From positions 1-61,121 of IMG/VR virus record IMGVR_UViG_3300013936_000003: a DNA stretch of 61,121 nucleotides; one strand, written 5' to 3'. Under the pieces are notes generated by a model. The model made no database searches and was not told the DNA's origin. It worked only from the letters and a program-made list of their open reading frames with translations. The position numbers and the translations under genes were made by a program. Positions within the stretch are counted from its first letter, which is position 1, and each line of letters opens with the position of its first letter. The stretch is from a virus. Positions 59,092 to 61,121 of the stretch are shown in pieces.

Positions 59092-60900
59092 ATGACAGAC
59101 GAAGAAAAACAGGCGATAATCAGCGATGTGCTGAAGTCGCTGGAGACGAACAGCGTCACCGTCGAGCAGTTGACTGCCACCACTTCGCTTGCCGACACGG
59201 ACAGCATCGAGGTGAGCGGCGGCAGGCGTGTGACCTATGCGACGCTCAAAGAGCTAATCAAGGTCGCCATCGCCGACCTCCTCAACGACTACGGAGGCAG
59301 CGTCAGTGGCAAGAGCCTCAAGAGTGCCACGGCAACTGCTACGGCATCGGAGGTAACCGTCACCATCACCAACGTTGACGGCAAGGCCGTGAGCGCCAGC
59401 GTGCCCGTGGCGAGCGCAAGCAGCGCCGGCGTGCTGACCGCCTCTGATTACAGCAAGATTGTTTTGGTCGATGCCAAGCCGACCGAGGGCAGCGTTCACC
59501 CGGTACAGAGCGGCGGCGTCAAATCCGCCCTTGACAGCGTGCCGATTGTGGACGCTATGAATTTGCTGGGCCTGAGCGCTGCCACGACCTTACAGGCCAT
59601 CCTCAACGGCACCATCGGCAATCAATACGCCTGGCTGCGCACAAGCGGTCGAGTTCTGAGCGTGCTGACGAGCGGCGGATGGGAGAGCTATCAATTCACA
59701 GGCAGCGACCTCAGCGATTGGACTGAGGCGCAGAAGTGGAAGAAGTTTGGCTCGGGCGGCGAGAAGGGTGACCCGGGCAACGATGCTGTGGTGTACAGGC
59801 TGCTGCCTGGGGCGCTTGTGTACAAGGCGGACACGACGGCAATCACCTTGTCGCTGCTGAAGACGGAGGGCGAGAGCACCACGACTGCGGAGCTGCCGAG
59901 CGGCTGGCGTGTGGTGGTCAGTTGGAATGCCACGGGTGGGCTGACGAAGAGCGCCACGCTGAGCACGCTGGCGGCTGTAAACCCGAACTCGCTGGCTGGG
60001 GCGACGAGCGTGCAGTTGGCGCTGTTCACGGCCGACCCAGAGGCGAGCGGCAGCAGTGCGCAGCTCGTGGACAGCGCCACGATGCTGCTGGTGGCTGACG
60101 GCCTCAAGGGCGACAAGGGGGATAAAGGCGATAAGGGCGACACTGGACCGAAAGGCGCAGACGGCAGCGGAGCAGGCTCGCTGGTGCTGCATCCATACAA
60201 CGAATTCCCGACATTTGCCATCACCGCCCTCAACTACGAGACTGGCGAGGTAACCTGCAAAGACACGCCGACTGGCATCGAGGTTGGCGACTTTGTTGCG
60301 GTTGTGCGATATACGAAGGATGATCACGCCTGGCAAGCGCCATTGACAGATTTATGGCAAAGCCGCTGCGAGCATACCACGAATGGAGCTTTGCAGTACG
60401 CGAGCGTCAATGCCATATCCGGCAACGTGCTGACGATTGAGGACTACAAGATTGCGGGCAAAGGCACGCTGGCTGCGCCAACGCTGTTTATGCTTGTCCA
60501 TTACGGAGCGGGCGACCCGCAAGAAAATTTAAGCATAAAATTGCCCGACAACTTTAAAGGCAAACCAATAAAGGTTGATCTTATCGGTCAGGATATTATG
60601 ACAAAGACCGGCTGGAACAACTGGTGCCCGAAGCTGACGCTCAGCAACGGCAAGAACTACGCAGCACCGCTTGACAGCGGCCGTGGCGGCTCAATCATTA
60701 TCACTACCATTTTTAGCGAGCATTATGTGGAGGAATATGACTGGGCATATATATGCAAAATTGACACCGACAATGCATATCGTCACGCATACAAGGTGGG
60801 CGCTGTAAGCGACACCTACGACATCACGACATCGACAGCGGTGGAAATCCCCTGGCAATTTCGGGTTCCATTCAACGAGATAAGAATAAGTTTATTATAA
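59092..60900 (+). CDS. tail fibre with a collagen-like Gly-X-Y segment
   Basis: GDKGDKGDKGDTGPKGADGSG. Confidence 0.8.
   Translation: MTDEEKQAIISDVLKSLETNSVTVEQLTATTSLADTDSIEVSGGRRVTYATLKELIKVAIADLLNDYGGSVSGKSLKSATATATASEVTVTITNVDGKAVSASVPVASASSAGVLTASDYSKIVLVDAKPTEGSVHPVQSGGVKSALDSVPIVDAMNLLGLSAATTLQAILNGTIGNQYAWLRTSGRVLSVLTSGGWESYQFTGSDLSDWTEAQKWKKFGSGGEKGDPGNDAVVYRLLPGALVYKADTTAITLSLLKTEGESTTTAELPSGWRVVVSWNATGGLTKSATLSTLAAVNPNSLAGATSVQLALFTADPEASGSSAQLVDSATMLLVADGLKGDKGDKGDKGDTGPKGADGSGAGSLVLHPYNEFPTFAITALNYETGEVTCKDTPTGIEVGDFVAVVRYTKDDHAWQAPLTDLWQSRCEHTTNGALQYASVNAISGNVLTIEDYKIAGKGTLAAPTLFMLVHYGAGDPQENLSIKLPDNFKGKPIKVDLIGQDIMTKTGWNNWCPKLTLSNGKNYAAPLDSGRGGSIIITTIFSEHYVEEYDWAYICKIDTDNAYRHAYKVGAVSDTYDITTSTAVEIPWQFRVPFNEIRISLL
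60109..60171 (+). repeat. 9-bp periodic collagen-like coding repeat
   Basis: ggcgacaag ggggataaa ggcgataag ggcgacact ggaccgaaa ... Confidence 0.8.
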
Positions 60901-60908
60901 CACTCACT

Positions 60909-61121
60909 ATGCAAGAGTTATACCAAGATGACAGCGGCAAATGGTGCAAGCGCACCATTGCCGACAACGCAGAGAACAACGAGCCAGCAGCACCGAGCGA
61001 GGCATCGCAGGCGAGATGGCGCATTGCCGAGCTGGAGGAGCAGTTGAGGGCGAACGACTACAAGGTCATCAAGTGCTTTGAGGCGCAGGCCACGGGCGGC
61101 ACAATGCCATACGACATTGCC
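60909..61121 (+). CDS. 5' part of the junction-spanning gene (continues at 78..146 in the circular molecule)
   Basis: ATG at 60909; open to the window end. Confidence 0.6.
   Translation, partial: MQELYQDDSGKWCKRTIADNAENNEPAAPSEASQARWRIAELEEQLRANDYKVIKCFEAQATGGTMPYDIA
61045..61121. repeat. second copy of the 77-bp terminal duplication
   Basis: Identical to 1..77. Confidence 0.95.

Noticed and set aside
60109-60171. The collagen-like 9-bp repeats as a hypervariable tandem-repeat locus
   Set aside because: There are only about 7 Gly-X-Y triplets. This is a common structural feature of phage fibres, and a single sequence gives no evidence of length variation.
59092-60900. A diversity-generating retroelement or shufflon acting on the tail fibre
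   Set aside because: No reverse transcriptase gene exists anywhere in the genome. I saw no template/variable repeat pair or flanking inverted repeats near the fibre gene, and the serine recombinases are 24 kb away.

Overview
The window is a complete, circularly closed genome of a temperate tailed phage. It has about 61,044 bp of unique sequence; the first 77 bp are repeated exactly at the end, which looks like an assembler overlap. The host is inferred to be Bacteroidota, because TAnnTTTG(TAT) -7 boxes with a TTTG -33 element 19 bp upstream recur, leaders are A-rich, and there is essentially no Shine-Dalgarno usage. Nearly all genes are on the + strand, and only the lysogeny genes are on the - strand. 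Gene order: lysis cassette (0.16-2.6 kb); small Cys-rich and membrane proteins (3.1-5.4 kb); early region driven by four palindrome-bearing promoters (5.4-12.7 kb), including an SNF2 / PAPS-reductase (IbrA-like) / ParB-like (IbrB-like) operon; lysogeny module (13.0-15.4 kb: tyrosine integrase, secreted moron, CI-like repressor); an unusual RNA-rich island (15.5-17.7 kb) followed by a low-GC second tyrosine recombinase (to 18.66 kb); recombination genes (ERF, exonuclease, SSB, NinB-like); replication genes (HARP-SNF2, VRR-NUC, and a replisome organizer carrying 12 internal iterons); a ParB / truncated HsdM-like / MazG / ParB-nuclease / GT-A / MgsA_C cluster (26.2-30.8 kb); many small accessory genes; two tandem small serine recombinases (34.3-35.8 kb); an RpoA-alphaCTD-like protein, an SDR epimerase and a PLD-like nuclease; then terminase, portal, protease, HK97-type capsid, tail genes with a -1 frameshift chaperone, a 1372-aa tape measure, an ECF-like sigma factor inserted among the tail genes, and a collagen-repeat tail fibre. 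The RNA-rich island is the most unusual part. It holds a ~440-nt GNRA-rich structured leader or ncRNA, then four tRNA-like acceptor/T-arm modules, each preceded by a GC-rich hexaloop hairpin (the fourth module is degenerate), and a PurA-like (DUF3276) nucleic-acid-binding protein. I found no rRNA, no CRISPR array, no canonical tRNA and no reverse transcriptase. All protein family calls come from motif recognition by eye, not from database searches.
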